A stretch of DNA of 64,000 nt from Haplodiscus bocki (Eukaryota): positions 117,242,001 to 117,306,000 of the forward strand of contig OZ296648.1 of assembly GCA_965655095.1 (NCBI GenBank). The letters are read 5' to 3'. A program made the translations under genes and the position numbers. The notes under the pieces are model-generated. The model had not been told where the DNA came from. It saw only the letters and a program-made list of their open reading frames with translations, and ran no database searches. This document shows positions 60,119-64,000 of the stretch, in pieces; the stretch's first letter is position 1, and each line of letters begins with the position of its first letter.

Positions 60119-63100
60119 TGAAAGTCTGTGCAAGTCGAGAAACAGCGATGGGTTCACATGAACGTTAGTCTTACAATGCCTAAAACCAACGACATTCTGA
60201 GAAACCTTGGTTTATCAAACTGAGGAGAACAGAATAATCTGGCACTCCGAACTCATTTAAACATATGAAGCAGAACTGTGGGTGAATCCAAAACCATACT
60301 ATAAAACAAAGACAGGGCAGTCTGACAATGTTCAAATCCCAAAAAAATGAAAGTTTCGAATTGAAATTAAAACTACACAACCAAACGGAATGCTTCACGA
60401 TTAAAGGTGGGTGTGTCAAAAGCATGTTGGAAAACAATTAAACGTGAGTGTCACAAGACTTCTAACCAAAAGTTTTTCTGAGAAGACCGTTCTTTCACCA
60501 AATCCCATCAAAAAATTGCTTTTACAACTCCGAGTTTGATTAAATGTTTGTGACTGTTTCCAAAAACTGCGAATTTTTTAAAACCTGAACTAACTTACAC
60601 GTTTATTGTATTGGCTTAGGAATTCCGAAAAGCCAGTTGGAAGAAACTAAACGTTACTACTATCGAACGAAAACATTTTCCTTGAAATTGCCTTGTTTTG
60701 GGGAATCATCTCGGAAATGTTGTGCTAGACCGGCAACCAAACTTTTGTTATACGAATCTTGGGAAGCAAAAACCTATCTCTTAAAGAAAATTAACGCAGT
60801 TCTCAATGCCAATGACCAAAATGGTTGTTGAAAAGTGAAATATGCTTTCCAATTCACATCAGGCAACACGATTTCAGAAGTTAAATTTTTCAACTAAATA
60901 GTTCATGCGCTGGACTTAGCGAGCCGAAGCCTGTTTTGAAAAACAACCGTGCGTTCGTCTCTTATTATATAAAACCAGAGCAATTTGTGAAAATGCCATG
61001 TTTTTGATAAGTCATATCAAAAAGGTTAATTTACACATTCGGCTTCAAAGAAAGAATTACGTACAAGTTGTACAAGTACCAGCAACTCCAAAGCCAATTT
61101 GAAAACCAAATGACCGTTAACCTCATTTTACATAAAAATAACTCCCCCTAGAAAACGCCATGCTTTGGAAAAATCCCAACCGTGGTTTTCTAGGAGTTTG
61201 AGCTAAATTAAAATTCCTATGTACAATCCTGTAACGGCCAAAAAGTAAATTGAAAGAAAAAAGGTTACTCTTGAATTACGGAAAACACAGGTCTGTCTGG
61301 AAATGTTTTTGTATTGCAAATTTACATCAAAAGATTGTTCTAGAGCTCTGACAATAGGTAAACACTTGACCCATAAGTCTGACAGAGCCCACGAACCGAA
61401 TTGGAATTTACTCGAGCACCATTCCCAAAAGTCGGAAAATGAGACTGCTTAGAATGGTGGATTTTGCAAAATACATCAAAAAAGAAGTTTAGGTTGAATC
61501 AAACGTTTGTCGTACAATTCGAGTTGACCTCAAAACCATGTTATAAAAACACTTACGTTAGTCGAAAGCTACTTTAAACCAAAAATCGTTCTCAAAAAGC
61601 CCCACCTCACGCATGTAGCAGCCGATATGGTTATAGTCCCGCGAAAGCAAACTGTAGGTTCTTGATGAAGTCATGGGCGTGTCCTAAAACCATGTTGAGA
61701 AAATTATTGGACGTAATTTAGGCAGCAAATTGAACCAAAAGACTTTCGGAAAGAAACTGCGGTTACAAGAAACTGACATCAACAATTTCGAACTCAATCA
61801 TCGAAACATAAGTGAAACAAGGTACTACCTTCTCGATGGAGTTCAAACAGCACAGTGAAAGCAATTCACAATAATTTTCACGTTAGATAAAAGCAAGATT
61901 CTTTGAAAAAACCATTCCGTTGCAAAACCACATCAATGTTGTGTTTCAAGTTTCCGACCTGTCATAATGTTTGAGGTACAAATAATCAGCAGTCCAAAAA
62001 TCAGTCACAAAGCAGTAAAAAAGTTACTGCAAGCTGCTGAATCTTTCGAGAAGTAACTTTGTTTCTTTAGTACGACATCTTAAACTGTTGATGTAGACAG
62101 CCGTTATCAACTGAACAATTGATGTTCGAAACAGTTCGAGCTGGGAAACAAAATAACAAACAACAAAAGTTTTCTCACTCAGCCAGCTCTCGTTCCAAAG
62201 TCTGTTGTCGCGAAAGTTTACAACAACCGAACATGAACTTTCGGGGAGTAGAAAAATTAACAAGAGTAGAAATCCCGTCCAAACCTATTCCAATTTTCTT
62301 CAGAGACTTCGGTTTTCCGGCATTTTCTCACTCTTTTCGAGGCAAAGTTTTAACAGCGAAGTACCATGATTGTGGCAAGAACCGTGGAAAATTTTTTTCT
62401 ATCAGTTAAAACAAAAAAAGAGAAATTTAGACAAAGAATTACTCACGAAACAAACGTTTCCAGCAGTTATGAACAATCAAAGTATAAACCGCCGTTTTCC
62501 GGAATCTAAGCTTTTACATTCCCAACTCTGTCCGAGTCTGATAAAAAGTTGGGTGAAAAAGTATCAAAAATCATGCCAGCAAAGCAGGCTACTGTTTTAT
62601 TTTGATGAAACGGAATTGTATGATATTAACATCAAACGTTCACTTGACCTCAGTGAAAACAAGAAACAGCGCTGTTTCAAATAGTAAAAACTTGCTTAAA
62701 CTGTTCCAAGTTTCATAACAAATTATTTAAATATTCAATGCACTTGAAGGATCCACAATTGTCACTGTGGAAGGTGGAACTGTTGATCCGTTGTAATGAG
62801 ACATTGAACATATTACCGAAGAGTTATAGCCAGCATTTCAGTTTTTATATCTAAACGTGTTTCCGGCTTGTCTCTAAATTCACCGCTCTTGTTCCACATC
62901 AAAACTCTTCACAATTAGGAGCATGCCTGTAAACTTGGTGCTGAACAGTGATTAAAAGAAAGAAAATTTAAAACTACTTGGCTTTGAGAAACCATAAATC
63001 AGGAGCCATGAAAAAGCTCGCACCATACAAAACGCTGAATGTTGATATTATGCGTTAGATGTTTGGCTGAATGCTTCAGTCAGCAAAAAGTCAAGTATCA

Positions 63101-64000
63101 CATGGAAGATTGAACACTCTGGATTATCTCATTTGCTTTCTGCCTGCCAATGCCATGAGAAAAAGTGCTTCCTGCTACATTTTAGGAGGAGATGTCGGCA
63201 GTGCTACTTAAACTGAAAAGCTCCTCAAGCTTTCAAAAATTAGTGTACTTCAGATGGTAACAAAGGGTGATGCAAATTTTGCGCAAAGCGGTGCCTGGGT
63301 CCAGTAACGTTTGTTTGCAAAACTTTTTACCAACTTCCTAACTTTAGTACCTTAAGGAAAAGAATGAGCAGCCATCCTCAAGAATAGTTAACTTTAGCTT
63401 AGTTGTGCTCGGCCAACTTCTTTAAGGTAGAAGTTTTCTATGAAATTTTGCCAGTCGCTATAATGCAGCCGGCCAATTTTCTTAAATTCCCTCCGAAACG
63501 CATTTTCAGGCAACAACTGAAACCTTTTTTGACTGTGCTTAATAAAGTCAAACTTTTGAAAGTAAACCATAGCGATTTCTGAACTCAGTGGATAAAACAG
63601 TACCTGAATAAATTGAATTTTTCAATGCAGACGCTGGTTGTTTCTTTCATTATCTTTCAGTTCTTGTCTCAGGCTTCTACAACTGGGGCAAAAACAGTAT
63701 GAGCAGATACGTTTGAACTTAACCGAGGCAACTTTCTACAATTGGGTCATAATCGATCCTCTCATGCCAGATATCCAATAAGCCTTACCGAAATTAAATC
63801 ACTGTTCCTTGTTTTTGATCCGAGATGTTTTCGTTGCCTTGAAACAAAGCTGATGGAAAGTCACAGGTGCCTAAACTTACAAAAAATGTCCCTCAGTCCA
63901 ACTGATTGAGACTTCTCGAAACCACTCTCGTTTTAATTCCATTTGTTTTTGCCGTCTTCACGGTTTCTATTGTCGGATAAATTTGGCAACTAAGCAAATT

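Overview
This is AT-rich eukaryotic genomic DNA, probably from an invertebrate animal; there is no sign of prokaryotic operons, rRNA or CRISPR. Only one intact host gene is evident: a single-coding-exon C2H2 zinc-finger protein gene on the minus strand (4054-5658/5697). The main feature is a fossil Polinton/Maverick (adintovirus-like endogenous DNA virus) at 41239-54051. It is bounded by ~150-bp terminal inverted repeats starting AGTAGT and an exact 6-bp target-site duplication (ATTACC at 41233-41238 and 54052-54057). No ORF in it is intact, but motifs read across frameshifts give the gene order: unknown left-arm ORFs, packaging ATPase remnant, retroviral-type integrase, minor capsid, basic core-like protein, double jelly-roll major capsid and adenain-like protease on +, with a convergent protein-primed PolB on -. 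The PolB gene appears to begin with 2-3 C2H2 zinc fingers and to continue through two short phase-compatible GT-AG introns into an acidic tail. The rest of the window holds a 5'-truncated CR1-group LINE with a (TAC)n tail, two families of Helentron-like non-autonomous repeats, a MITE, a tRNA-derived SINE, tRNA-like remnants and GC-richer non-coding islands. All homology calls come from motif recognition by eye, not database searches; inner boundaries of decayed genes are approximate.
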